A DNA stretch of 64,000 bases from Acidobacteriota bacterium (GCA_026394015.1 JAPKZA010000237.1:13586-77585), one strand, 5' to 3'; shown: positions 16,487-27,023, numbered from the stretch's first letter. Notes: generated from the letters alone by a model not told the origin. Program-made: numbers and translations.

Positions 16487-19400
16487 TTATGTCAAATTAG
16501 GTGGGTTCGTCCTCGCCAACCCGGCGATGGCGCCAACTCGAACCATCGCGTCCGGACTGGTTTGCATAGCCAGTTCCTGCTTGGTCCAATCGAGGACCCG
16601 ATTCCTGGCGTCGACGTCCCAATCGGGGTCCAAGCCAAACATCGTGTTCAGCAGCGTCCAGCATGCGTCGTCGTCACTGAACAAGTTCATCGGCGGCTTC
16701 GGAACGATCCACGTGTCCCCCGACCCGAAGGTGTGTTTCACCGTGTGCAATATCTTTTCGACCCGAATAGGAGCGAGAGCCCGAAGCCGAGGGGTGTTCT
16801 TCAGATAGAACGGCAACATCCCCTTTTCGTGCCATTCGCCGTAGTATTTGCCTTTGTGGGTCTCCGGCAGGCCGTCGTAGTACTCGTCAAACGCCATCGG
16901 AGCCGTCTTCGTGGAATTCATGGACGAAGCCTTTTGACAGACAGGCGCCTGCCAGTAGTCTTTGCATCGGTTATAGGCATTGATAACGTACGTGACGCCG
17001 CCCAGGTACTCGAGTCGTTCCGTCTCTTTGACGTATTCCTCCAGACCTGCATCGCCCTTCTGCATCCGGTAGTCAAGATCAAAGAAGTCGTAGCGCTTTG
17101 TGAGGTTGCCCAGCTCCATAATCAGAATCTGCACCCCGACCCAGTCGCCGATGAATTGAACCAGTTCCTCCTTCGTATCGGTCACCCGGAATTCGCCGCC
17201 CAAGCTAAGAAGCTGTTGTTTTTCTGTCTCGCTATGGAATTCCACTCGGGCTATGGTGGGGAACGCAATGATAGCCGGGATGATCTGACACATACCCGTG
17301 CCAGTCGGGCCCGAATTGCTGATCTCCGGCTCAGCCCCTCCATTTACGTCGAGCGCGAGATCCCAGACCTGTTTTCCAACCGGACAGTTCAGCAACAGTG
17401 ACATGATGTCATCGGCGTCTTTCGCCGGTTCGGGGGCCGCCAGCAAGGGGGGCTCGACGTGCTTCTTTCCTGCCGGGGTGTCGATGTCGTCCTGGGCCGA
17501 AGTCAGCGCGGAATCGTTCTTCACGTACGAGGTGCCGTTCCAAGTCCCCAACCGGGCATCGCTCGTGTTGACGCCCATGAAAGCCGCCACGCACTTCCCG
17601 CACAGATCGGACTCGTTCTTGCCGTAGCCCATCATGCAGTTGTCGAACATGTCGTGAAGGTCGGCGCGAGATCCGCCCCCGAACGGATTGCCGGACGGGA
17701 AATGGTTCAGGTAGAGACAGTGGCTCATCTCGTGCAGCGAGAGTTGGTCGAACGTGTTCAGGTCATCTACCGGAGCATTGCGCCAACGATTGCCGTAAAA
17801 CACGAAGAAGCCATTGCAAATTCCTTTGCCTTGATGGAGCCCATTGGGGTCGTAGATCGATGACCAAGTATCGCGAAGCGGAGCTTGCAGCCCGATCAGA
17901 CCCGGCATGAATCCGCCGTTGTCGCCGTCGATGGCCCGGATCAACTTGATCATCAGATAAAAGCTGATCATCTTCGATAGATGCGCATCGAGTTGGCTTC
18001 CCGGCTTGCCCAATCCGCCCGCGACCGGCTTGGGCGTTGTGTTGTCGTAAACCTCAGCCGCCGTGTAGTCGATCGTCAGCTTCTGTCCCGCCGGAAGCGC
18101 CTTGGGTTTTGAATATTTAAGCTTGATCGCCGAGACTTTGTCCGCGCCTTCCTGCGCAAATGTAACGGTTAGTTTGCGGGTCGGCCCGTCCCATGTAACG
18201 GACAGGCCCCGTTGGGTGCCGGTAATCTGGGCTACGCCAGTCCGTCGCACAATCGCGAGGCCGTCTTCCTTCCGGTCCTCATCCTTATCTGCCCTGCTGA
18301 GCGATGAGACGACGATCATCATGCTCGTTGCGGCCGGGTCTTCCGTCAGCGTGGCTGTAAACGTGCCGATCACTGCTGCCTTCGTGTCGAAGCCAATTGT
18401 TTTAACAACCTCTTCCGTATCGGAGATCGTGAGCTTGGAGGTGGGGCTTAGCGTGGCGACCACCTTGTCCTTCAGATCGGCGCCGTCGAGTTGGACTTTA
18501 TACGTGACCAAGCCGGCCGGAAGCTGCTTTTCAAAGTTGATAATCGTATCGTCGCCCGTCCCCAGGAGTTCTTTCGTCACCGAAAATTGAGTCGGCAACT
18601 TCGTGAATTCCGCCGGGTCAATGATGCTGTTGTAAGCCTGTGGAGTATGAATGTTGAACAGGAACGGCGAGTTATCGGCCCAGTAGATCAGGCTCTCCAG
18701 GTCCAGCGCCACCCCTAGTTTGTAGAAAATCTTGACGGTAGCCTCTGTCGGCACCCCCTCCTGGAATGTGATGTTGAAGGCCCCTGTCGCGTAGTCGATG
18801 GTGCCGATGCCCCGAAATACCTGGCCGGATATGGCCTGTTTGCCGGTGCCGGTAAAGTTGCCGTTACCGTCGTCAATCAGCACGATCGAGGTACTGCCGC
18901 CTTGATCCACCATGACCTTCACGGTCTTGGGCATAATGGTCCCTTTGCCCTTCAAAGAGCCCACCACCGTACCCGCGTTCTGTCGGAAGGATTCGTTCCA
19001 CTCGACGATCCCACCCTGCTGGTCGCCGTTCTCCTGCTCTAGTTGCAACGCCGCGACAGCCCGGTCCAAACACGCCTTGTCGATCACTTTGTGGGCCGGC
19101 TGCACGGCCGTCTTGTCGACCAGAATCTCGCAGTAAGACTTCGAAAACTCCTTCGTCAAAAAGCCTTTGAAATCCATCTCGACGACGGTGCCCTCGCGCA
19201 GCAGGCACTCCCCGCAGTAGCGCATCTCCTTGTGGTCGCACTCGCCGTAATAGGCCTCCAACTCACTCTTAATCGAGGCGTGCAGACCCGCCTTCGCCCC
19301 GGGCGGGGTCACCGAAAGACTCCGCGCCACCCGCATCGTCCGCCAACGTACCATCGTGCCCGTTTTCGCCTCGGCGCGCGGCTTCTTAGACGTGTCGAAA

Positions 19401-20818
19401 TAAGCGCGCAGCTTATACCGATCGCCGCCAATCAGAGACGGCGCAAAGATTACGCCCGCCACCCCCGCGGCATTCGTGCGCATCTCCACCGAATACGGAT
19501 CGGCCTTCAAGTCGCCCGCCGCCGCCGGAGCCGTCAAGGCATTCTTGGTCCGAAACTGACCAAGATCGTTCAGGCTGAAAATATTCTCCGCCGCCCCAGC
19601 CGTCGTGACATTCCGCATATCGGTCGCCATCCGGCGCTTCCCGCCAAACTCAACCCACACATTGTCCTTCTGCGGGTCGTTCTTGTTCGGCGACGCAAAC
19701 CCGGGGTCGCCCTTTCGCTCGGTCACATGCCGCTTCAGATAGCCCAATGGCCCCGGACCACCGTGTTTGGCCTTCCGGGAGCTCTTCAACGCCTTTCCGG
19801 CGACCGCCCGGATCGGAGCACCCGTCACCTGAGCCGTCCAGGTATTAGCCCCTACCAACTCCTTGGGTCCCCCGGGCCCGCCGTAGGCAGGCAGCGTATC
19901 CGGCGGGAGAAGTTGAACCCGCACCAGCTTGTTCGGCGCGGCCTTCCAAGGGTCGGCGCTATTCTCCTCCCGACGCTCCAGAACCACCGTCAGCGGAATC
20001 TTGCCCAACGCCGGATTGGCCTGCAGGAAACGCTGCTCCACATCGTAGCGAACTCCCCGCGCCAGCGTGAACTCCGGTTCCTTGAAGTACTTCTCGTCGA
20101 AATCGCGGTGGAATACCCGATAGTCGCCGGAAGCGCGAATCTTGGCAAACGCTCCGGGGGCGGGGAACTCGGAGTTCTCCACCAGGAACTCCGGAAGCCA
20201 TGTCTCAATCGCCGTATCCATCGCGCCATCGTCGATGCCCGCGTGCACTAACGGGTCGTCCGAGCCGGAAACGAGCCGCTTCATATACGTTCCCCAGACG
20301 TAGTCGAAGCACGCCCCGACCTCACTATGGTCGAGCGGGCGGGGCAGCAACCCGAGCACCTGAAGCCGCTCCATGCGACCCAGCCGGGTATTCTTCGCGT
20401 TCGCAAAAATCGAATCCACATCGCCCAGCTTGAACTTCATCTGGTACTCGTACTGGTGTAGCCAGATTTCGACCTGCGCCGTGCGATAGTCAGTCTTCCG
20501 GAAAGTACCGAATTTCTGCGGCGGCCCGAACGGTCCCGTCTTCGTCTTCGACGATCTCCCGGTCTTCATCACGGCCTTCACCACGTACTGCTTGGTCGGG
20601 TCGATGTTGGTATCGAACACCGCGCAATCCTTCTTCCCCTTTGACTTGGAAGTCGCCAGGACCGTATCATTGCCCACCTCGCGGAGTTCCAGCGCGATAT
20701 CGGGCAACTGCTTGCCGATAGTGCCTTTCTTCTTGCTTGGGTTGCGCCGCTTGACGCGGACTTCGATTCGGCCCTTAATCACATTGGCTTGGCAGGGGAG
20801 TACAAGGTTCGTGGCCAT
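16487..20818 (-). CDS. Very large (1443 aa) hypothetical protein with a metzincin-like zinc-protease motif
   Basis: This is a single uninterrupted ORF with protein-like composition. HEMSHCLYLNH (nt 17702-17734) has HExxHxxxxxH spacing, and CMMGY lies about 25 aa later. There is no hydrophobic N-terminal signal. Confidence 0.8.
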   Translation of the reverse strand: MATNLVLPCQANVIKGRIEVRVKRRNPSKKKGTIGKQLPDIALELREVGNDTVLATSKSKGKKDCAVFDTNIDPTKQYVVKAVMKTGRSSKTKTGPFGPPQKFGTFRKTDYRTAQVEIWLHQYEYQMKFKLGDVDSIFANAKNTRLGRMERLQVLGLLPRPLDHSEVGACFDYVWGTYMKRLVSGSDDPLVHAGIDDGAMDTAIETWLPEFLVENSEFPAPGAFAKIRASGDYRVFHRDFDEKYFKEPEFTLARGVRYDVEQRFLQANPALGKIPLTVVLERREENSADPWKAAPNKLVRVQLLPPDTLPAYGGPGGPKELVGANTWTAQVTGAPIRAVAGKALKSSRKAKHGGPGPLGYLKRHVTERKGDPGFASPNKNDPQKDNVWVEFGGKRRMATDMRNVTTAGAAENIFSLNDLGQFRTKNALTAPAAAGDLKADPYSVEMRTNAAGVAGVIFAPSLIGGDRYKLRAYFDTSKKPRAEAKTGTMVRWRTMRVARSLSVTPPGAKAGLHASIKSELEAYYGECDHKEMRYCGECLLREGTVVEMDFKGFLTKEFSKSYCEILVDKTAVQPAHKVIDKACLDRAVAALQLEQENGDQQGGIVEWNESFRQNAGTVVGSLKGKGTIMPKTVKVMVDQGGSTSIVLIDDGNGNFTGTGKQAISGQVFRGIGTIDYATGAFNITFQEGVPTEATVKIFYKLGVALDLESLIYWADNSPFLFNIHTPQAYNSIIDPAEFTKLPTQFSVTKELLGTGDDTIINFEKQLPAGLVTYKVQLDGADLKDKVVATLSPTSKLTISDTEEVVKTIGFDTKAAVIGTFTATLTEDPAATSMMIVVSSLSRADKDEDRKEDGLAIVRRTGVAQITGTQRGLSVTWDGPTRKLTVTFAQEGADKVSAIKLKYSKPKALPAGQKLTIDYTAAEVYDNTTPKPVAGGLGKPGSQLDAHLSKMISFYLMIKLIRAIDGDNGGFMPGLIGLQAPLRDTWSSIYDPNGLHQGKGICNGFFVFYGNRWRNAPVDDLNTFDQLSLHEMSHCLYLNHFPSGNPFGGGSRADLHDMFDNCMMGYGKNESDLCGKCVAAFMGVNTSDARLGTWNGTSYVKNDSALTSAQDDIDTPAGKKHVEPPLLAAPEPAKDADDIMSLLLNCPVGKQVWDLALDVNGGAEPEISNSGPTGTGMCQIIPAIIAFPTIARVEFHSETEKQQLLSLGGEFRVTDTKEELVQFIGDWVGVQILIMELGNLTKRYDFFDLDYRMQKGDAGLEEYVKETERLEYLGGVTYVINAYNRCKDYWQAPVCQKASSMNSTKTAPMAFDEYYDGLPETHKGKYYGEWHEKGMLPFYLKNTPRLRALAPIRVEKILHTVKHTFGSGDTWIVPKPPMNLFSDDDACWTLLNTMFGLDPDWDVDARNRVLDWTKQELAMQTSPDAMVRVGAIAGLARTNPPNLT

Positions 20819-20824
20819 AGATGG

Positions 20825-21223
20825 TTATCCATTGGGAGGCAGGGGAGCTTTAGCGGCAAGCAGAAACGGGTGGTAGCGGCGGATCCGCCACATCGCTTCA
20901 AACAGGGACAACATGCGGGTTTCGGGCGAACTCGCCTGGTCGTCCAGAAAGTCCGCCATCCATTTCGTCTTTTTCGCCGTCAGAAAATCGGGCTGGAATA
21001 CAACCGCTAGAAAGACGAAGTTGCGGATCGCAAAATCGTCGTCCAGTTGCAGCTTCTGAGCAGCGGCCATGGCCTCGTGAACCACCACGGGCAGATTCGA
21101 AGGGCCGAGGCCGGCAACCTCGGCCGGAAACAGAGTCTTGACCGTTTCTACCAGGGTGGCTTCGAATCGCGCGATGCGGTCGGTCCGCAGAGCGTCTAAA
21201 TGGGCAGGGCGTAGCGTCAGCAT
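20825..21223 (-). CDS. Hypothetical protein (132 aa), upstream partner of the 1443-aa gene
   Basis: The ORF has balanced composition, with a 7-nt gap to the upstream gene and a 6-nt gap to the downstream gene. I recognise no motif. Confidence 0.6.
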   Translation of the reverse strand: MLTLRPAHLDALRTDRIARFEATLVETVKTLFPAEVAGLGPSNLPVVVHEAMAAAQKLQLDDDFAIRNFVFLAVVFQPDFLTAKKTKWMADFLDDQASSPETRMLSLFEAMWRIRRYHPFLLAAKAPLPPNG

Positions 21224-21230
21224 CGAGATA

Positions 21231-22148
21231 TCAGGGGATGAAGTTTTTCAGGTACCGGCCACTCTGCACGAGCGACGCCTTTCGGTTCTCCAGCGAGCCT
21301 TCAAACGCGCGATCTTCCACTTCAATGCACACCGCGCCGTTGTAACCGGTCTCCGTCAACACGCTAAAAAACTTACCCCAATTCACGTCCCCCATCCCCG
21401 GCAGCTTCGGCGTATGGAACAGGTTCGGATGCGCGAAAACACCCACGTCATTCAGCTTCTCACTGTCGATGCGGGCATCCTTGGCATGCATATGAAACAG
21501 CTTCGGCGCAAACTCGCGCATCGCCTTTAGATAGTCCATGTGCTGCAGAATGAAGTGCGACGGATCGAAATTCAGCCCGAAGTTGTCGCTGGGAATATCA
21601 CTAAAAGCACGACGCCAAATCGCCGGCGACGAAAGCAAATTCTTGCCGCCGGGCCACTCGTCTTTCGTGAAGGACATCGGGCAGTTTTCAATTCCGACTT
21701 TAACCCCTTGGTCTTCGGCGTACTTGATGATCGGGCGCCAAGTCTTGAGAAACCGGGGCCAGTTCTCGTCCACCGAAAGGGTATGGTCACGGCCCACGAA
21801 CGTGTTCATCACCCCCACGCCCAGAAGCTTCGCGGCCTTGATCACGGCCTTAATGTGATTGCAATACAGCTTCGATTCTTCCGCGTCGGCCGTCAACGGG
21901 TTCGGGTAATAGCCGAGCCCACTAATCGAAACGCCGTATTTGGCCGTCAGGTCCTGGACACGTTTCGCGTCGGCCGCAGTAAAGCCCGCCACGTCGATAT
22001 GCGTGATGCCCGCATAGCGGCGCTCCGCCTTGCCCTGCGGCCAACACATCACTTCTACAGCCGAAAAGCCATTTTGGGCCGCGAAGGCTAACACTTCCTC
22101 TAGCGACAGATCGGGCAGGATCGCCGTGACAAATCCGAGAGTCAACAT
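21231..22148 (-). CDS. Sugar phosphate isomerase/epimerase (xylose isomerase-like TIM barrel)
   Basis: Start at [41 protein letters not shown] metal-site-like motif is present. The track start at 22232 would overlap murB. Confidence 0.8.
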   Translation of the reverse strand: MLTLGFVTAILPDLSLEEVLAFAAQNGFSAVEVMCWPQGKAERRYAGITHIDVAGFTAADAKRVQDLTAKYGVSISGLGYYPNPLTADAEESKLYCNHIKAVIKAAKLLGVGVMNTFVGRDHTLSVDENWPRFLKTWRPIIKYAEDQGVKVGIENCPMSFTKDEWPGGKNLLSSPAIWRRAFSDIPSDNFGLNFDPSHFILQHMDYLKAMREFAPKLFHMHAKDARIDSEKLNDVGVFAHPNLFHTPKLPGMGDVNWGKFFSVLTETGYNGAVCIEVEDRAFEGSLENRKASLVQSGRYLKNFIP

Positions 22149-22161
22149 ATTCTCTAGTAAA

Positions 22162-23124
22162 TCACGAAAGGAATTGAACTTCCTCTTCGATCTCCAGGCC
22201 AAACCGATCGAACACCCGGCGCTTGAGTTCACTTAGCAGCGCGACCAAATCGGCCGCCGTGCCCCCGCCCGTGTTGTAGACAAGGTTCGCGTGGTAGTCC
22301 GCCACGCGCATCGCACCCACGGCCAGCCCCTTCGCGCCCACCTCTTCGAGGAACCAGCCCGCCGGAATCTTGCCTTCCCGGATGACGTTCGCCGGCACCT
22401 GCGCCGCCACGGCCGGGGACAACTCGCGGAGCAGTAGGTTCTTGAAAATCGACCCCGCACACTGCATCGTGGGCGGGAACTTGGCATCGCGCGTGGCCCG
22501 GATCGAGGCGGATTTGGCCTGCAGCACCCCCGCTTCGCCCACTTCGAGCCGCAGCCCGGCCGAAAGGATCTGCCAGCCTTTGTTCCGTTTGAAGATGCTT
22601 TCCCGGTATCGAAACTCACATTCGGCTCGGCCAAACTGTCGCACCTCGGCCCCGTCCGCAAAACGAACCCACTCGATCCGTTCCGCAATCGATTGGCCGT
22701 ATGCCCCAGCGTTGCCGTAGATCGCCGCCCCTACCCAGCCGGGAATTCCCGCCATGGCTTCCATCCCGGCCAAGCCGTGCGCGTTCGCAAAATCGACGAG
22801 ATCGTTCAGATCGGCACCGGCGTCCACTCGAACGCCCGCGTCATCCACCGTGATCGTCTTGGCGTTATATTGCAGCACCAGCCCGGGGTACCCGGCATCA
22901 CTGACGATCAAATTCGTCCCCCCGCCGATCGTCGTCCACGTGACCTCGGAGCCGGTCAGCACCCCTAGCGCGGCCAAGTAGGCGGCCTCGCTCGTCGTCG
23001 AAACCAACGCCTGGCATGCCCCTCCCAAGCGAAAGCGCGTATGGTTTCCGAGGAGCGCGCCCGTCTGGACGGTCAAATCAGGGATGGTCTGGAGCCGCTC
23101 CAGCGCCGCAAGGGCCAAAGTCAT
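22162..23124 (-). CDS. murB: UDP-N-acetylenolpyruvoylglucosamine reductase
   Basis: The FAD-binding region reads [14 protein letters not shown]...[11 protein letters not shown]. The C-terminal MurB domain includes GSIFKN. Confidence 0.9.
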   Translation of the reverse strand: MTLALAALERLQTIPDLTVQTGALLGNHTRFRLGGACQALVSTTSEAAYLAALGVLTGSEVTWTTIGGGTNLIVSDAGYPGLVLQYNAKTITVDDAGVRVDAGADLNDLVDFANAHGLAGMEAMAGIPGWVGAAIYGNAGAYGQSIAERIEWVRFADGAEVRQFGRAECEFRYRESIFKRNKGWQILSAGLRLEVGEAGVLQAKSASIRATRDAKFPPTMQCAGSIFKNLLLRELSPAVAAQVPANVIREGKIPAGWFLEEVGAKGLAVGAMRVADYHANLVYNTGGGTAADLVALLSELKRRVFDRFGLEIEEEVQFLS

Positions 23125-23174
23125 TTTTTTGATTATGGCTAACCCAAGCGGTGCGTGTCAGTCTAATCGTAAAA

Positions 23175-23726
23175 ATGCACGAGATTGATCTGGCAACAGT
23201 GAGCCGGGTGCAGGCGGGCGAGGCGGATGCCTTCGCCGAGCTGGTGGAGCGCCACAGCCGGAGTGTGTTCCGGCTGGCGTTTCGAATCACGGGCAGCGAA
23301 AGCGACGCGGATGAAATCGTTCAGGAGACGTTTATGCGGGCCTATCGGGAGATCCATCGGTATGAGTCACGGGCGAGTTTTGCCACGTGGATCCATACGA
23401 TTGCCAGAAACCTTGCGCTCGACACCCTGAGAAAGAACCGCCCGGGTACGACCGAACTCGAACTGGTATCCCCGGCTCCGACGCCGGAACGCCTCGCCAG
23501 TTCCCAACTCCTCGGCGAACGAATCGCCGAAGCCCTGAAGGGACTCAGCGTATACGAACGGGCCGCCTTTACCCTCCGCCACTACGAAGGCGTCCCGCTG
23601 GTCGAGATCGGCGAATCGCTCGGCCTCAGCGAAAACGCCACCAAGCAAAGCATTTTTCGCGCGGTCAAAAAATTGCGTCGGGCCCTTTTGCCCTGGATTA
23701 CCCTCACCTGGATTACGCACAAATGA
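23175..23726 (+). CDS. ECF-type RNA polymerase sigma-70 factor
   Basis: Region 2 reads DEIVQETFMRAYREIHRYESRASFATWIHTIARNLALD. The region 4 HTH reads VPLVEIGESLGLSENATKQSIFRAVKKLR. Confidence 0.9.
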   Translation: MHEIDLATVSRVQAGEADAFAELVERHSRSVFRLAFRITGSESDADEIVQETFMRAYREIHRYESRASFATWIHTIARNLALDTLRKNRPGTTELELVSPAPTPERLASSQLLGERIAEALKGLSVYERAAFTLRHYEGVPLVEIGESLGLSENATKQSIFRAVKKLRRALLPWITLTWITHK

Positions 23727-24415
23727 CCCATCCCACCGAAGACCAACTCATCTTGCACTACTACGGCGACGGCGGCGCCGACGACCTGGAACCGCACCTC
23801 GTCGCATGCGCCGATTGTCGGCAGAACTATCAGAGCTTGCAACGGGTCCTGAATTCGCTCGACGCCGCGCCGCTCCCGGAACGTGGGGCCGACTACGGCC
23901 AGCAAATTTGGCGCAAAGTGCAACTCTCGACCGCGCCCCGGCGGAACACCCGGCACGGGGCCTTTGGATTGGCCGTGGCGGCAGTCGTGGTCGTCGGAGC
24001 GTTTCTCGCCGGCACCGCCTACGAACGAAATAAGCCCCTCGCCATCGCCGACGATCCCCGCGCCAGGCTCCTCCGCGTCGCGCTCGACGGACATTTGGCC
24101 TCCAGCCTCATGGTCCTCGCCGAAATCGAAAACGCCCCCGGCCGGACGATGGATATCTCCTGGCAACGCCAGTCCGCCGAGCAACTGCTCGATGACAACC
24201 GACTCTACAAACAGACCGCCAGCGGAACGCACGAAGCCCGGGTGAACCAGTTGTTGAGCGATCTCGAAGAAATCCTGCTCGAAATCGCCCACAGCCCAGC
24301 GCAGTTGAGCGGCCCGCAGTTGCAGGAGCTCCGAACCAGAATCGCCCGAAAGGGCATTATTTTCGAAATTCGAATTGTGGCCTCCGAGCCACCACCCATA
24401 AAAGGAATCTTATGA
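23723..24415 (+). CDS. Anti-sigma factor (zf-HC2-like, single TM helix)
   Basis: The ATG overlaps the sigma stop (ATGA). It has HLVACADCR and one TM helix (FGLAVAAVVVVGAFLAGTAY). Confidence 0.7.
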   Translation: MTHPTEDQLILHYYGDGGADDLEPHLVACADCRQNYQSLQRVLNSLDAAPLPERGADYGQQIWRKVQLSTAPRRNTRHGAFGLAVAAVVVVGAFLAGTAYERNKPLAIADDPRARLLRVALDGHLASSLMVLAEIENAPGRTMDISWQRQSAEQLLDDNRLYKQTASGTHEARVNQLLSDLEEILLEIAHSPAQLSGPQLQELRTRIARKGIIFEIRIVASEPPPIKGIL

Positions 24416-25509
24416 ATTCAGTTACTTTCTTTGAACTCACCCGTAGCACCTTACGTACCTGCTTAACAGGAATGAGCCTGACCCTTCTCAGTTTCGGCCA
24501 GCCCGCCGCACCCCCCGCGCCAGCCGCTCCCCCGGCTCCGCGAGCGCCGCGGGCTATGAACTACGCCTGGGCCTCCCAGGATGCCTACCGCCAAGCTGCT
24601 CGTGAAGTAGACCAACGCCAGTATGAAAAGGCCGTCGAGCACTTCGGCAAGGTCATCGAGATGAAGGAAGCCCGCGCCGATGGTGCCCTCTATTGGAAGG
24701 CCTACTCCCTGTCGCGCTTAGGCCGCTCCACCGAAGGCCTGGCCGCCCTCGCCGAACTCGAAAAATCCCACCCCAAAAGTGGCTGGCTCAACGACGCGAA
24801 AGCTCTGGCCGCCGAGATGCGCCAAGCCGCCGGCCAGCCCGTTCGGCCCGAAGCCGAAGAGGATGAAGAACTCAAACTCCTTGCCCTCAATGGCCTGATG
24901 CACTCCGAGCCGGAAATCGCCCTCCCGCTGCTCGAAAAAATCCTGAACGCCCCGAAGAACCCTCCCCGTCTCAAAAAACGCGCCCTCTTCGTCCTGGCGC
25001 AAAGCCGCAGCGCCCGGGCCCGCGAAATCGTCACCCAGTACGCCAAAGGCGGCGCCAACCCCGACCTGCAACTCGCTGCGGTCGAATATCTTGGCGTCCT
25101 GAATTCACCCGAATCCCGCCAGAGCCTGGCCGATCTCTACGCCTCCGCCACCGACGTTTCCGTCAAGCGCGCCGTCCTCCGCGGCTTCATGATCAGCCGC
25201 GACAAAGAGCGCCTGCTGGCCGCGGCGAAGTCCGAAACCAACCTCGATCTCCGCCGCGAAGCCCTGCAAATGCTAGGCGCCTGCGGCGGCCACGCGGAAC
25301 TGGCGCAGCTCTACCCCACCGAAACGGACAAGAACACCAAACGCGCCATTCTCGACGGTCTCTCCGCCTCCGGCAAAGCTGGCCTACTCGTCGAAATCGC
25401 CCGCAAAGAAACCGACAAAGACTTAAAGCGTATGGCCGTCGAACGCCTAACGACCATGAAGAATAAAGAGGCTACAGCGTATCTGCTGGAGTTGCTCGGG
25501 AAGGAATAA
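24412..25509 (+). CDS. Secreted TPR/HEAT-repeat protein
   Basis: It overlaps the anti-sigma gene with ATGA. A Pro/Ala linker is followed by repeated helical units (LKKRALFVLAQS..., LQLAAVEYLG..., LRREALQMLG..., LKRMAVERL). Confidence 0.65.
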   Translation: MNSVTFFELTRSTLRTCLTGMSLTLLSFGQPAAPPAPAAPPAPRAPRAMNYAWASQDAYRQAAREVDQRQYEKAVEHFGKVIEMKEARADGALYWKAYSLSRLGRSTEGLAALAELEKSHPKSGWLNDAKALAAEMRQAAGQPVRPEAEEDEELKLLALNGLMHSEPEIALPLLEKILNAPKNPPRLKKRALFVLAQSRSARAREIVTQYAKGGANPDLQLAAVEYLGVLNSPESRQSLADLYASATDVSVKRAVLRGFMISRDKERLLAAAKSETNLDLRREALQMLGACGGHAELAQLYPTETDKNTKRAILDGLSASGKAGLLVEIARKETDKDLKRMAVERLTTMKNKEATAYLLELLGKE

Positions 25510-26202
25510 ATGCAAGAGATCATCAAGCTTTCAAGTGTCAGCAAACGGTTCGTCACCGATGAAGTCGAAACCCACGCGCTCGCCGGGATTGAAATGGAGA
25601 TTCGACGCGGCGAGTACGTCTCGATCTCCGGGCCCTCCGGCTGTGGCAAGTCGACGCTGCTCGCCATCCTCGGCCTGCTCGATTCGGCGACCGACGGCAG
25701 CTATACGCTCAACGGCCATCCCGTAACCGACCTGAAACTCAGCGAGCGGGCGCGCATCCGCAATCGTGAAATCGGCTTTATCTTCCAGGCCTTCAATCTT
25801 ATCGGCGACCTCACCGTTTACGAAAATGTCGAACTGCCCCTGACCTACCGCAACATGCCCGCCGCCGATCGCAAAAAGGCCGTCCGCGAAGCCCTCGAAC
25901 GCGTCGGCATGGGCCACCGCGAACGGCACTACCCCTCCCAACTCTCCGGCGGCCAGCAACAGCGCGTGGCCGTCGCCCGCGCCCTCGCCGGCAGTCCCGC
26001 CATCCTCCTGGCCGACGAGCCCACCGGCAATCTCGATTCGCAAAACGGCGAACAGGTGATGAACCTGCTCGAAGAACTCCATCAAGGCGGCGCCACCATC
26101 TGCATGGTCACCCACGATCCGCGCTTCGCCCGCTTCGCCCAACGCAGCATTCGCCTCTTCGACGGCCGCATCGTCGAAGAGTCCATAGCCGCAACCGCGT
26201 AA
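25510..26202 (+). CDS. ABC transporter ATP-binding protein (MacB/LolD-type)
   Basis: Walker A is GPSGCGKST, the signature is [15 protein letters not shown], and Walker B is ILLADEPT. Confidence 0.9.
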   Translation: MQEIIKLSSVSKRFVTDEVETHALAGIEMEIRRGEYVSISGPSGCGKSTLLAILGLLDSATDGSYTLNGHPVTDLKLSERARIRNREIGFIFQAFNLIGDLTVYENVELPLTYRNMPAADRKKAVREALERVGMGHRERHYPSQLSGGQQQRVAVARALAGSPAILLADEPTGNLDSQNGEQVMNLLEELHQGGATICMVTHDPRFARFAQRSIRLFDGRIVEESIAATA

Positions 26203-26211
26203 TCTAGAGGA

Positions 26212-26922
26212 ATGCCCAACCTGTTCCGCGGCTTCCCGGCCCCCGGCCAGGAGTTCCTCCGCGAACTCAAAGACAACAACCAACGCGAGTGGTTCCAAGC
26301 GCGCAAGGATATCTACGACACCGCCGTCAAAGCTCCCATGGTGGAGTTCGTCGAGGTCCTCAACGCCGAGTTCGCCCGCTTCGCCCCCGAGTACATCACA
26401 GACCCTAAGAAGGCGATGCACCGGATCTATCGCGACACCCGCTTCAGCAAAAACAAAACGCCCTACAAAACCAACTCCTCCGCCTCGTTTCATCAATCGG
26501 TCACCGACAAGGAAGCCATGGCCGGCTTCTATGTCTCCGTTTCGCCATTCCAAATCGAAGTCGCCGGCGGCGTCTACTCTCCCGAGCCACCCCAGATGCT
26601 GGCCATTCGGAACGCGATCGTCAACGACCTCGACGCCTGGACCGCCCTCGTCGAGAACAAAAAGCGAAAGAAGTTCCTCGGCGAACTCCAAGGCGATTCC
26701 CTCACCCGGCCGCCCAAGGGCTTCCCCAAGGACGACCCCGCGGATTTCTGGATTCGCAAGAAACAGTGGCTCTACTTCGATCTCACTCTCGATCCCGCGA
26801 TGGCCTTAACCCCCAAGCTGGTCGGTGAAGTCGTCCGCCGATTCGAAGCGATGTATCCCGTCATTCAGTTCCTCAACGCCGCTTTGGCCCAACAGAAACC
26901 GAACCGTTCGGACTTCTTCTAG
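26212..26922 (+). CDS. DUF2461 / TIGR02453-family protein
   Basis: The N-terminus is FLRELKDNNQREWFQARKDIYDTAVKAPM. The C-terminus reads PPKGFPKDDPADFWIRKKQWLYF. Confidence 0.75.
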   Translation: MPNLFRGFPAPGQEFLRELKDNNQREWFQARKDIYDTAVKAPMVEFVEVLNAEFARFAPEYITDPKKAMHRIYRDTRFSKNKTPYKTNSSASFHQSVTDKEAMAGFYVSVSPFQIEVAGGVYSPEPPQMLAIRNAIVNDLDAWTALVENKKRKKFLGELQGDSLTRPPKGFPKDDPADFWIRKKQWLYFDLTLDPAMALTPKLVGEVVRRFEAMYPVIQFLNAALAQQKPNRSDFF

Positions 26923-27023
26923 CCCCCCCCAATCCCCCCAGTTGCCATTCGGTTGCAGCTCATTGACCGACCGGAAAAACCCCTGCATCCTGGTAGGGAT
27001 TACACTAAAGGGTTAACTCTTCC

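Noticed and set aside
19043-20251. 402-aa + ORF inside the giant gene
   Set aside because: It is an Arg-rich antisense shadow of the 1443-aa minus-strand ORF.
23128-23165. ECF-type promoter-like sequence (TAACC ... GTCTAA) upstream of the sigma gene
   Set aside because: The match to the GGAAC-N16-CGTC consensus is poor. The -10-like element would sit only ~10 nt from the ATG.
25531-26691. 386-aa minus ORF
   Set aside because: It is Gly/Ala/Asp/Glu-rich antisense sequence spanning two well-supported + genes (the ABC ATPase and DUF2461).
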